A stretch of DNA of 64,000 bases from Mytilus trossulus (taxonomy: Eukaryota): positions 30,008,001 through 30,072,000 of the forward strand of contig NC_086380.1 of the NCBI RefSeq assembly GCF_036588685.1, read 5' to 3'. The position numbers were made by a program, and so were the translations under genes. Under the pieces are notes generated by a model that did no database searches, was not told the DNA's origin, and saw nothing but the letters and a program-made list of their open reading frames with translations. This document shows positions 1 to 12,813 of this stretch, piece by piece; position 1 is the first letter of the stretch, and each line of letters opens with the position of its first letter.

Positions 1-2717
1 AGAGAAAGAAAATGGGGAAATTATAACAAAACAAAAAGATATTTTGAATGAAGTTAAATATTTTTATGACAATCTTTATAAAAAAAGGGATACTAAAAGT
101 ACTTTAAGTGATCTTAAAAAAGACTTGAAAAATTTAAATGTTCCTATACTTTCGTCTCTGGAAAAAGAAAACTTGGAAGGTACAATTACTGTTAAAGAAG
201 CTGGAGAAGCATTAAAAAAAATGAAAAACAACAAAACTCCTGGAACGGATGGTTTTTCAGCAGAGTTCTATAAATTTTTTTGGAAGGATCTTCAAATTTT
301 TATTGTAAATTCTTTAAATTATGGTGAAAAAACAGGGGAACTATCTGTTACACAAAAAAAAATTTTCAATTTTGGCGAATCTATCATCAATTGGGTTAAA
401 GTTTTTTACAATAATATCAACTCTGCTGTCATCCAGGGGGGGAACCTTTCAGATTTTTTTACTATTGGAAGAGGTTGTAGACAAGGGGACCCCTTGTCTC
501 CATATCTTTTTATTTTATGTGTTGAGATTCTGGCATTGAAAATAAGGGGAAATAGCGACATTAGTGGCATAGAGGTCACACGGGTTGAGCATAAATTGTC
601 ACAATTTGCTGATGACACCTCTTTGATTTTGGATGGGAGTGAAAAATCTTTACAAGAATCATTATTAGAATTAGATTGGTTTGCAAAAATATCTGGACTG
701 AATATTAACTTCACAAAAACACAAGTTATTTGGTTTGGGAGCAAAAAATATAGTACAGATACTTTATGTCCTAACAGAAATCTGTCCTGGGGTGAAACTT
801 CTTTTAAATTACTAGGAATTAATTTTGATGTAGATCTTGAAAAAATTGTTAAGATAAATTATTCTGAAAGAATTGTACAGATTAAAAATACTTTAAATCA
901 GTGGTCTAAAAGGAATCTAACTGTTATAGGGAGAATAACTGTGATCAAAACTCTAGTCTTGCCTATTGTAAACCATCTCATTATCTCTCTGCCAAATCCT
1001 TCAGATGATATTATTAAGAGAATAAATGAACTTATTTATTCATACATATGGAACTCACCTATACATAGAGTTAAGAAGGATATTCTAATCAAAGATTACT
1101 TGGAGGGTGGTTTGAAAATGCTTGATTTGAATATGTTCATTACAGCACTAAAAACCACATGGATTAGGAGGATTTTGCAGAGAGATAGTAGATGGCAAAA
1201 TATTTTCATGTCAAACATAGATAAAATAAAGTTGTTTAGTTGTGGTGTTGATTATATTAGACAACTGTATATGACAGTTAACAACCATTTTTGGAAAGAT
1301 GTACTAAGATCCTGGGAAATGATTATTCAAAAAGAATGAAATTTTACTTATGATTCATTTTTATCAAATCCACTATGGCTAAACAATAATATTAAGATTG
1401 GTCATAAATCAGTAATTTATCAAGATTGGTTCAAAAGTGGTATTAGATTTGTAAATGATATAGTTGACCAAAATGGATTGTATATTTCATTTGACCAATT
1501 TAATCAAAAATATAACATTAACACAGATTTTCTTAAATTTAACAGTGTTATTTCGGCAGTGAAAGAGGCATCAAAATCTTTCCCTAAAGGATCTTACAAA
1601 TTAGTTTGTCCTTTTATACCATCATGTCTACAAATATTTTTAAAACATTGTAAAGGATCAAAAGAAATGTATTCTGTACTGACAAGAAATAATGTTATTC
1701 CTACTGGACAGCTTAAGTGGGTTAAAATTTTAGGTGAACAGAACCTGAACTGGAAAATGATTTTCAGACTGCCTTTTGCTGTTACTAAAAATAGTAAATT
1801 ACAGTGGCTGCAATATAGGATTAACCATTGCATTATTGCCACAAATCAGTATTTAGTAAAAATAAAATTGACTGATGATCCTTTGTGTACATTTTGTAAA
1901 TCAGATAATGAGTCTATAGAACACCTATTTTGGAATTGCAATACTGTACAAGATTTTCTACAGGATGTTGATAACTGGTTCCTTTCCGGTGGAATAAGTC
2001 TCCCAATGAATAAATTAAACTTTCTTTTTGGAGACTTATCCAAGATATTTCCCAACAACCCATATAACATGATTTTTCTTTATATTAAACAATATATGTA
2101 TAATTCTAGATGCTTTAAAAAGAATCTCTCATTGCAAGCAGTTAAAATAAAACTGAAAGATATGTATAAATTAGAGAGTATGATAGCTGTAAAAAATAAA
2201 AAGATAACTGAATTTGACAATGTATGGAATGTTTTTGAAAAACTATTATTGTATACTGACTAATGTCTTTTTTGTTGTTGTTACAATTACTTAGGACTAC
2301 TTAATTATAATCTTTATTAAAGAAAATATTATTGCCATGTTATGTACTTGATCAGTGTTGATGGCTGTTACGAAAGAAATATGTCTTGTGAATATAAAAA
2401 TAAAAAATTTCAACATAATCATGATAATTATGTGATATTAAAAATAAAGATAGGGATGTAACTGGATAATCCTTTTGAGTTTTGTTTTTGTTTTTTTGTT
2501 TTTTGTTTTTTATTTTTCCTTCTTTATTTCTTTATTTCTTTATTTTATTTAATTTTATTTTTTTATTTTTTTATTTCTTTATCTTTTCTATAGAAAATGT
2601 AAAATATTTCCAATTAAGATTTATTTATAAAAATGACATTGTATTTATCTTATATGTATTATATTGTATGTATATCATGTATATGTTGTAATTGTTGGAA
2701 ATAAAAAAATCAAAATC

Positions 2718-2746
<29 letters not shown>
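1..2746 (+). mobile_element. L1/Tx1-clade LINE, 3' part (ORF2 RT plus C-terminal zinc-finger region, T-rich 3' UTR, poly-A tail); defective
   Basis: ORFs 44-1339 and 1478-2263 share one frame, split by a TGA at 1337-1339. Motifs KTPGTDGF, GCRQGDPLSPYLF, QFADD, KLLGI and C-terminal CTFC..ESIEHLFWNC. AATAAA at 2700-2705, poly-A 2718-2746. In-frame deletion at ~354-362. Confidence 0.92.
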
Positions 2747-2752
<6 letters not shown>

Positions 2753-5100
2753 ACCCGAAGCTAGAGTTAATATGAACACATGTGCTATAGATTCTATGAA
2801 CCAGCAGTATTCAATTCACGCCCCTGCAGTGCATACCCGTCCGTCAGAGAATGTCATGTTTCAGGTCCCGTCAGAACCGAGATCTTCAAAATCTAATTAC
2901 CATAGGCTTCCAAAGTTAGACTTACCCTATTTTAATGGAGATATTATCAAGTGGCAGACATTTTGGGATTGTTTCGAGTCATCGATACACGACAACGACA
3001 CATGAACGCCAATCCAAAAGTTTAATTATCTGAAAGCCCAGCTGGAGGGAAGCGCCGCGCAAACAGTAGAGGGATTCGCTTTGACAAATGGTAACTACGA
3101 AACCGCAGTCAACCTTCTCAGAGATCGGTTCGGACAGCCTAGCAAACTGATACATGCTTACATGAAAGCACTCATGAATTTACCCGCACCGACAAATGAT
3201 GCTTTTAGTTTGAGGTCTTACGGAGACAGATTAGAATCATACGTACGAGGATTAAAGTCACTTGGTCAAACACCAGAGATGTATGGTTCACTTTTGGTAC
3301 CTGTAGTTTTGGACAAGTTACCGATTGACATAAGAAAGAATATTGCAAGAGAACACGGAAGAGATAATTTGATATTAGATAATTTACGCAAATCTATAAC
3401 TAAAGAGATCGACATACTCGAAGCTGGAGAAGGAGTCACAGATTCAGACAGATTGTACACCACTGCATTTTTCATGGGTACGCAATCACATTCATACAAG
3501 AGCAAATTCACAGACACACATCAGAAGACAAATACATGTACATGTATTTTCTGTTCAGGTGAGCACTATCCGACGGAGTGCTCTGAAGTAACAGACGCAA
3601 ACGCTAGAAATCAAATCGTAAAACAGAAACAGTTATGCTTTAACTGTTTAGGGTCACACCGAGTGGCCGCATGCAAGTCTACTAAACGATGTAAAAAGTG
3701 TAACGGAATGCACCATACTAGCATATGTAGAGGCAAAGAGGTAATTCCAGGTACGACACCGGAGCATACAACACAACAGTCATCAGTAAACAAAGTTGAA
3801 ACACCAAACGAGACTAGAGTAATGTATTCATCACAACAGAATCACAACATTCTCCTGAAAACAGCAATTGCACCAGTTGTATATAACGACCAAGAAGTAG
3901 AATGTAACATCTTATATGACGAGGGAGCACAGTGTTCTTTTATAACTCAGAAACTAGCTGATCAATTAGAAATAAAACCCACAGAAAAAGTAAGCATTCA
4001 ACTGTCTGCGTTCGGAGATTTATCTCAGAAAGTTCGTAACTTAGACACTGCAACAATACAACTACAGACCGACACAGGAGAAAAGGTGCATATTAATACA
4101 CTCATTGTTCCAGAAATTGCCGTCCCAATTAAGAACAATATTTCCCTGACTACAAGGAGCTTGCCACACTTAAGAGAACTTAAACTTGCACATTCTATGC
4201 AAAGTACAGAACGTTTCGTAATTGACTTTCTCATAGGCGCCGACCACTATTGGGACATTCTCGAGGACAAAGTAATTAGAGGAAACGGACCCACCGCTGT
4301 TCAGTCAAAGATCGGATATCTATTATCAGGACCGATCAATAGAAACATCAACCAGCCATCAACAGTTCTTGTAAACGTCATCGCACACAAGAACACAACT
4401 ATTGATAACGAGAAAGGCAATTCCACAGAAGGGTTGTCTCAGAAACATAACCATCAAGATGATGTACCTTCAGGTATGATCGTTACAAAAAGAAGACCCT
4501 TTGAGGAAAACAACCAAGGAAGTGACTATCTACCAAGACCGCCCGAACGAACACACCCTCAACTGGTGGAGTCAAGAAGCCACATAGATACAGGACAGAA
4601 ACTTATAATGAAAGAAATTTACAGCTGAGCCTGAAATTACCGTGTGTGCTAGAAGGAACATCCATGAATGGACTAAAAGATAAACTGTAATTGTGTTCAG
4701 TCAAGGTTAAGGAACTAGATTATTTTATTTGAGATGGACATTAATTTTAAATCATTTATCTCTATTGTGAATTTTACATTTGTTTAATTGTCGTTACATA
4801 TTTCACTTTTGTCGGCCCCCAGAATGTCGGAAAATACGTGAAGTACTAACATTACGTTATGGTAACGTTGTTACCATAACGCTATACTGTGTGACGTTAT
4901 ATTATATGCATTAGCTATCACAACGATTAAACGTATGGAAAACACAACGCATGATTTACTTAGATTATTCAACATATCTAACGCTTTTAAGTTCATTTCA
5001 GTGTTTACAATAAACCTATTTACACTTTTGGTATTTAGCTGAATTTTGGCTCCAAATGACCTTAGATCAGCTCCGAATAACCTTGTAATTTCAAGCAACA
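2747..5100 (+). mobile_element. BEL/Pao LTR retrotransposon remnant (gag plus protease, pol deleted, probable 3' LTR ~4825-5100)
   Basis: LPKLDLPYFNGDIIKWQTFWDCFESSIH (BEL gag), three Cys-His knuckles (CIFCSGEHYPTEC, CFNCLGSHRVAAC, CKKCNGMHHTSIC), protease LYDEGAQCSF. In-frame TGA at 3003-3005. Pre-LTR tract CGGCCCCCAGAA then TGT at 4825. The LTR right end (ACA at 5100) is approximate. Confidence 0.85.
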
Positions 5101-5554
5101 ATCACTTTTTTATTGTGACGTCAAAGTTTTTTAATTGTTACGTCAAAGTTTACCGGAATTTGTGTGATTTTACGTAATGGGGGACAAATTTGCATACAAG
5201 TGTAAATACGTCTATAAATGCAGCACAATGTTGACAGATTATCAATCTCTTTTATTTAATTTTATCATCATTTAGAGGCAGCGTGTACAGGAACTGAGAT
5301 AGTGAACTACTTCCTTAGCTCAACAGTTTAAGGCTGACAAATTGTCTACTACATTTACTAAGGGAAGCAATCCCACCACACTTGCTATACTGTTAATCAC
5401 TGTAGCTACATTTTTTATTGAATAGTATAAGTTTGTGGACATCACACTACTCAACAAGTCCTCAGTATGGATTTTGACTAGTAATGAAGTTGACATTTTC
5501 ATACAAGAAACAGCGTTAAACTGCCTGTTACAGGATATCTGCCCATCTATCATA

Positions 5555-6453
5555 GAATTATAGTTAACCTGTACCATTGTAAACTCGTACCAACGTCAAC
5601 TCGTACCACTTTACAAAAACTCGTACCAATGCAAACTCGTACCACTGCTAACTCGTACCAACGTATTTAAATGCATTCAAATTGTGTTTAATTATGTTTA
5701 TACTTTACTTTCACTCAATATCTCTTAAGCCTGTAAAATATATATAATTTGAAAATACAATGACAAATTTGTAGCTAATGTTCACTGTCTATTGGATAGA
5801 AAATACCGTGGCAGATTTGCTTTGTTGTCTCCTTTGGATAGACTTTTTTTTAAACTTTTACTGATAATTATTCAATTTAATTTTCAATCATTCCAAATTA
5901 TTTTTTCATGAATAAATCCTAGCAGTTAATCAAAATGATTTCCAAAATGAAATTCTTACTTTTTATGAATAATAAGTTACAATGAAATGTAACTGTTTCC
6001 TGTTCCCGAATTTTCCCGCCAAAAAGCACATGGCTTTCAACAAATGTAAACATATATATGTATCATATATATATCATTCAATTTGTGATCATGAATTACA
6101 GCATTAATTAATTTAATTTGGATAATTTGGATATAGATATTCAACCTAAGGTACAGTAAACACAATGTTTTTACTTTCTTCTGGATTATAACTACTTTGA
6201 AAGATCAGCTCCAAAAATAAAGCTTTTAGAAAAACAATCGTATTTTTGTCTATTTAAAGCCAGTATAAAATTAAAGTTATTCAACATTAGTTTTATTAAG
6301 TTTACAAAAAAATACCATAAAATATTCCTAATTTTTAATATATTTTTGATGGTACGAGTTTGCAGTGGTACGACTTCCCAGTGGTACGAGTTAACTTTTT
6401 TGGTACGAGTTAACATGGTACGAGTTTTCGTTGGTACGAGTTAACTTGCTTCC
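5555..6453. mobile_element. Non-autonomous DNA transposon with arrays of subterminal inverted repeats (foldback-type)
   Basis: AACTCGTACCA repeats at 5581-5660 and their inverse TGGTACGAGTT at 6350-6442. Direct repeat CTATCATA at 5547-5554 and 6454-6461 (TSD). Confidence 0.8.
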
Positions 6454-6661
6454 CTATCATAAATCCTTTCCTAGCAAAACATTTAACTATAAACATCGCA
6501 AAGTTAAGACATGAACATTATATAGACCTTGTCTCCTCTATCACAGGTTACAAAGACCTCATATTAACAAGTGTGAATACAGGCGCTCTAAGACAGTGTG
6601 AATAGAAATAAGGATGAAGGTAACTGTTGGAGTAGCCCTGATTTTTTTAACACAACCTTAC

Positions 6662-6818
6662 CTATAAGTAGGAGAAAATTTGGGTCGCTTAAATTTGAAT
6701 ATACAGTTGATTGCTGCAATAAATTATATAAATCAGTAGGCTCCAACAACTCTAGATTTTCGGTACATTGATTTGCGAACTCCTGCCAATCAGTGTATTC
6801 TTCCCTTCCATCTCCCAT
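6662..6818 (-). CDS. STYXL1: Serine/threonine/tyrosine-interacting-like protein 1 (MK-STYX pseudophosphatase), first coding exon; rest of gene probably left of the window
   Basis: MGDGREEY...LELLEPTDLYNLLQQSTVYSNLSDPNFLLLI(D) resembles the human STYXL1 N-terminus ([32 protein letters not shown], from memory). Phase-1 GTAAG donor at 6661. Divergent from MDH2 as in human. Confidence 0.8.
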
Positions 6819-7156
6819 TTTGACCGTTTAGTGTATTTTTACTTTATTCACATGTACAGACGTAGCACGTCAAAAATATACAAATGTTCTTGTGCATAAA
6901 ATATAATCCTACATAACAATCTCAGTTAAGTTCACCAATTGAATGAAATACCAAATAAAAAACAATTTATATTTTCCATCTCTATTTTGACTTCTTATTT
7001 ATAAACAAAAATGTCATCAATTCATCAAAATTATTTTTTATACATTAGTTTGGTCGTCAAGTGCGGATAAATCTTAAAATTTGTGTACGCATGTCACATC
7101 TTTTCATTTCCACTTCCTGTCATTCAGCAAGGACACCGGTTAAAATTTTTATAAAA
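6819..7156. promoter_or_regulatory. Putative bidirectional promoter and 5' UTRs between STYXL1 and MDH2
   Basis: Only 338 bp separate the two divergent ATGs. ETS-like ACTTCCTGT at 7112-7120. Confidence 0.6.
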
Positions 7157-10100
7157 ATGTTTTCAAGGCTAGCAAAACCGAGTACTGTCACATTTATTGT
7201 TAGCAGGTCATTCTGCAAAACTTCACAGGTATAAGTCAAATTGAACGGACGCCAAACAATAGGCGGGAATTAAAACATGTTTAAAAATGCTTATCCTTGA
7301 CAGTTGTGATCAGTTGTCGGTTGATGATGCAAAATTGCCTCATCATCAATTCAAGCCAACTATCCTTGATCGCAACACACGCAACTTGTCTTTCTTAATT
7401 TTAAGTAGAGTATGCAGCATTTAGATGTCTCTTCTTTTGTAAACTTAAAGTGAGACAGTTCCTACCTGATCAGCACTAGAACAGCTGATCCTGAAGGTTA
7501 TTCATATAATTGGTGCATGTATATTTAATTTTTCATTTTTTTAAGATATCAGATATATGGATTCGAAGTTGATAAAAATTGTATGCTCCTGTATAACATC
7601 ATACCAAAATTGTAAATTAAAGTCAAGAAAAGAAATGAAAACTGCAAAAATTTATAGCCAGGGTCTATTAAAAAAATCAAAAAAGGATGTATTAAATATT
7701 TTTATTTATGCTCTAACATCATAATTACATGTACATTGAATCATCCAATTAAGGTTTTGATTCTGGGTTTTGCTTAAATTGAATGACACACTCAAATTAT
7801 CTTCTGTGAACTTGGGTGATAAATTAATTTCTACTTATATATATAATTAGTATTCATAGTAGATTTGCTCATAAAGTGTCCTTTTTACTCTTCAAATATG
7901 GAGGGATGTAGTCCCCCTCTTCCCAAACACTTTTAAATATTATGAGCCTTTGTTTCTGTTTCATTGCCCTGATTTGCACACACAAAAAAATGTTTTTGAT
8001 TAAAGCCAATTATAATAGGGCTCTTCACGGTTAGTTCGGCCATATTGGATAGGGGGCAGATTTTCATAATATAGATGTAAAAAATGGTGTGAAAAATACG
8101 GGAAAACATCATTTAAACAGAGCTGTTGCTTAGAAACACACAGGATTTCCCACATTTTCATACTGTTTCCACCTCCTTCCAAAAAATCTGCCCCCTATCC
8201 AATATGGCCGAACTAACCGTGAAGAGCCCTATTGCAATATTCAATTATAATTTTTTCATATCTAATATATCATTTATATAAAAAAGAACTTTTTGTACCA
8301 TGTTTGTGACTGATACATGTATCAACTAGTTTGATTTATTATCAATTCAGTTTCAGAATATACATCAATAATAATATATAAATCAAATTCATTAATTGAT
8401 ATCTTTCAGGCTTGGCAGTCTCCTAAAGTTGCTGTACTTGGAGCCGGTGGTGGTATTGGTCAACCTTTATCTTTGCTTCTAAAAAATTCAGCAAAAATAG
8501 CAAGTCTGTCATTATATGATATTGCTCATACACCAGGTGTCGCTGCTGATTTAAGTCATATTGATACACGAGCCCATGTCACTGGTCATCTTGGTCCAGC
8601 ATCATTGGAAGCATGTCTGACAGACGCAAATGTTGTACTGATACCAGCTGGTGTTCCAAGAAAACCAGGTAAGTGAAAATAAAACTAAGACTGAAATGGT
8701 ATTGGTACAAATGTATGTTCATAATTCTCTAAGGTATGTTCACAATTTCATTGTGCTCTGGTGACGAGATCAAAACAAAATGATCTCTTGAAAAGAAAGC
8801 AGAAGAGATGTGGTATGATTGCAGTAACATGAAACCACTATCCACAAAAGTCTGCATGTCTGAAAGGATACACAAAAGTGCTTCTAAACATTTACATCTG
8901 AGAAAGTGAACTCTGGTGTCAGTTTTAAGGTTGAAAACTCCCCAATTACACCAAATAAATGTAAGATAAGATAAGGCCTTCAACAAGGTGCCTCGCCTCA
9001 CACCAAACAGCAATTCAAACATAAAAACCAACGGTCTAATTTATATAGAAAACGAGAAACACTTGAAAACCACATCAACAAGTAATGACCACAGACACAG
9101 AACAACATGTTCCTGACTTAGGAGTCGGGACAGGTGCTAACAAATGCAGCAGGTTTAAACGTTTTAACAGGTGCCAACTGAACCATTAATATAACAATAC
9201 AATAGAGGATGACACCCTATAAAATATCAAGCATTAAAATGAATAAACATACTGGTACAAAACATTATTATTTAATGATAATATTCCATTAAAATTACTA
9301 TTGATAATTCATTGTTTAAATGTTACAGGAATGACAAGAGATGATCTGTTCAACACAAATGCTGGAATTGTCAGAGATTTAGTGTCAGCCATTGGAGATT
9401 TCTGTCCAAAAGCAATGATCTGTATCATTACAAACCCGGTTAGTATTTAAATGTTACTTCTCTTTTTACAACATTGACAATAAGTTATATGAATTGAATG
9501 GACTTGTTTGTTATTTGATATTGCAAGCACTTTATTATAGGGATTCAATGACTGTGAATACATAAATACAGCAATTCAAGTTAAAAGTATTTAAACAAAG
9601 TTGTGATCTTTTTATTTCAACTGTAATAAAACAATGAAATTGTCAAAAATAAAGAATAAATATAAAATGAAAAACAACAAAAACAGCAGGATCACTAATA
9701 AGGGGAGAGTATAGATTATTCTCAATTGAAACAACTCTTCTGACTCTTAATAAATCTCACTTGCAGGAAATTTAGTGTGAAGACTTGATATGTTATCAGT
9801 TTTAAATTTTAAGATAGAAGAACTCCAGATATTAATTATATTTATTATATATAAGTCTAAGTCCTCATACATGTTATATATGCATTGATTTATTTGTAAT
9901 ATTTAATTTATCCTTTCTTACCAAGGTTAACTCCACAGTGCCAATAGCCGCAGAGGTTCTAAAGAAGAAAGGAGTATATGATCCAAGACGTCTATTTGGT
10001 GTTACAACATTAGATATAGTTAGATCAAATGCATTTGTAGCAGAAGCTAAGGTTTGAGTTTTGTATTTAACACATGTATATATTTTACACCTTAATGGAA

Positions 10101-12813
10101 TGCACTCATTGAATAAATTTGACAAGATTAATAATTTTTTGGTTTGGGTACAAATAAACTAGAAAGTACAAATTTTCTAAAGGTTCCTGTGCAAACTTTT
10201 TTGAAAAACTACAATTTAAAAAAAAAAGAGAATGAGACAACTGTCAACAAGAGACCAAAATGACAGACATTAACAACTATAGGCTACCGTACGGCCTTCA
10301 ACAATGAACAAAGTCCATACCGCATAGTCAGCTATAAAAGGCCCTGATAAGACAATGTAAAACAATTCAAACAAAAAAACTAACGGCCTTATTTATATAA
10401 GAAAATGAATACAAAACCATTTATCTCCAAAAAAATAAATAAATTCACAGTAGGCAGTGAACAAAGATCAATCCTCATTTGTTGCAGCAAATTTTTTTTT
10501 TTTTATCAGAAGCTCTTGCCTCCATTGAGCAAGGCTTTACTGTCACCTAAGTGGAGGCCTTATACAAAAGGAAAGTCAATATCTGTCCCATTCTATGATT
10601 TGGTAAATAAATTCCTTTTGGAAATAAGTGGCATTTTTTACATGCACTTAATATCTAGGAGCAGCCAAAAGCAAGAGCAAGTCAACGATCTGATCTTCAT
10701 GATGAAAATGCTATACTTTCACTATGGTAATAGTCACATACATGTATGAGTTAATTTAAATTTTCATCTTCTTTGTAGATACTGTAGATACTCTGTTAAT
10801 TAATATGACACACCTTTCTTCAATCAAATATATTTACCATTTATTTTCATTGCAGGAATTGGATGTATCTAAATTAAATGTTCCCGTTATGGGTGGACAT
10901 AGTGGAGTAACAATTATACCTGTCATCTCACAAGCTAACCCCAGTGTTTCGTTTCCACCAGTAAGTATCATTGACACCTGTCTGTCAGCTCACAAGCTAA
11001 CCCCAGTGTTTCATTTCCACCAGTAAGTATCATTGACACCTGTCTGTCAGCTTTAAGTATCATTGACACCTGTCTGTCAGCTTTAAGTATCATTGACACC
11101 TGTCTGTCAGCTCACAAGCTAACCCCAGTGTTTCATTTCCACCAGCAAGTATCATTGACACCTGTCTGTCAGCTCACAAGCTAGCCCCAGTGTTTCATTT
11201 CCACCAGTAAGTATCATTGACACCTGTCTGTCAACTCACAAGCTAACCCCAATTATAATTGTTAGTTTTGCCTGTTGTCAGATTAAAATTACATCATCTC
11301 TAGTCCAAAAAAAATAGATGTTAGGAATATGATTGATCAGTTAAATAAATAATGAGAAACAAATATCATGTCTGGTAGTGCAATGGTAAATACACCCTAT
11401 TGAATCCTATATTTCAACTGAAGTCAATATAATTAGCAGATAACTTCTTTTAGATAACATTCATAATTTACTCATGCACTACATGCATCATTGTATTTCA
11501 TGATTCTTCAAATATAACACTGTTTTTTCAGGAGGAGAGAAAGAAGATTTCAGAGAGAATACAGAATGCCGGAACAGAAGTAGTAGAGGCCAAGGCTGGT
11601 GCTGTAAGTTACTCACAAACATTTTGATGTTGATTGTAAAGCTAACTCTGCAAAACCATTTGGTTGCTTGAGAAATTTATTTGCAACATTTTTTTTGTAA
11701 CTTTGAAATATGTTTTACATTACATATACATAAGATGTTTCTTTTTTGAAAAAAAAATGTTCTTACAATGAAGTTTTAAAATCTCCACACTAGTCTACTC
11801 TTTCCAGTCACTATTTGTCTATTCTGCATTGGAAAAAAAAATACAGCGTACCTGAATTTTGTTTGAAGTGTTTATTGATGATTTTACTTCAGCCTATATA
11901 AGCTTATTGTAATATCACCATGTGATGCCTTGAAAGAATAATTGTCATTAATGACTATACAATCAACTAAAAATTCATATCAATGCACGGTTTATAAGAG
12001 TACTTACACCAACATGATTTCTGAACTTTAGGTCGATATGGATATATGCAAACATTGACTATTTTGCAATATCATATGATTACTTTTTTTCCAGGGATCA
12101 GCAACCTTATCTATGGCCTATGCTGCATCAAGATTTACATTTTCACTGTTAGAAGCTATGGCTGGAGGTGAAGGTCAAGTAGAATGTGCATATGTACAGT
12201 CAGAAGAAACAGATGCTGCTTTCTTCTCAACGCCCCTGTTATTGGGTGTAAGTATAAGAATAAGAAGACGTGATATGATAACTCTACCTGAGACCAAATG
12301 TCATAGAAGTTAGCAATTATAGGTCACCGTACAGATTCATTAATGTGCAAAACCATACCACATAAAACTAAGGAAATTACAAATGTTAAACACTTCAAAC
12401 GAGAAAAATGGCCTGATTTATAACCTTGAAATGATTTTAAATATCTGAAAATAATTAATTTCTTTTTCTGCCGATTTTGAATAAACTGAGGACAAATAAC
12501 ACAAGTATAATAAACATCCAAATTCAGTGTTTTATGAATAGTACTTTTACTATTAAAGACTAAAAGCTAATTTTAATTATTCCATACTTTTTTCTCCATT
12601 TAGGTCAATTTTGATGTGTTTATCTTTGTCCTACATGACAAAATTTTTTATTTAAAAATTCTATTTTATTCTTTTTTTCTTCAGAAAAATGGTGTTGAAA
12701 AGAATCTTGGAAGAGGAAAACTCATTGACTACGAAATGCAGCTCTTAGATGCAGCTATGCCTGAACTTAAGAAAAACATTCAAGCTGGAGTTGACTTTGT
12801 AAACAAATCATAG
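7157..12813 (+). CDS. MDH2: Malate dehydrogenase, mitochondrial (8 coding exons, 341 aa)
   Basis: Exons 7157-7228, 8410-8668, 9329-9438, 9926-10051, 10856-10960, 11532-11603, 12095-12247, 12685-12813. All GT-AG and phase-consistent (1026 nt). Presequence-like [16 protein letters not shown]; motifs [47 protein letters not shown]. Confidence 0.97.
8014..8233. mobile_element. MITE with ~50-bp terminal inverted repeats (MDH2 intron 1)
   Basis: AATAGGGCTCTTCACGGTTAGTTCGGCCATATTGGATAGGGGGCAGATTTT and its reverse complement ending at 8233; GGG...CCC core flanked by TA. Confidence 0.8.
10921..11250 (+). repeat. 62-bp tandem repeat built from the MDH2 exon 5 3' end plus splice donor
   Basis: CTCACAAGCT units start at 10927, 10989, 11111, 11173 and 11235; two 30-bp truncated units at 11051 and 11081. 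Confidence 0.95.

Noticed and set aside
2482-2691. Phe-rich 69-aa ORF resembling a membrane peptide
   Set aside because: It is the translation of the T-rich LINE 3' UTR.
1337-3005. In-frame TGA codons in the L1 ORF (1337) and BEL gag (3003) as selenocysteine
   Set aside because: Neither falls at a Cys-type position (the BEL one corresponds to the Leu of L-T-P-I-Q-K-F-N-Y-L) and I saw no SECIS nearby; they are ordinary nonsense mutations.
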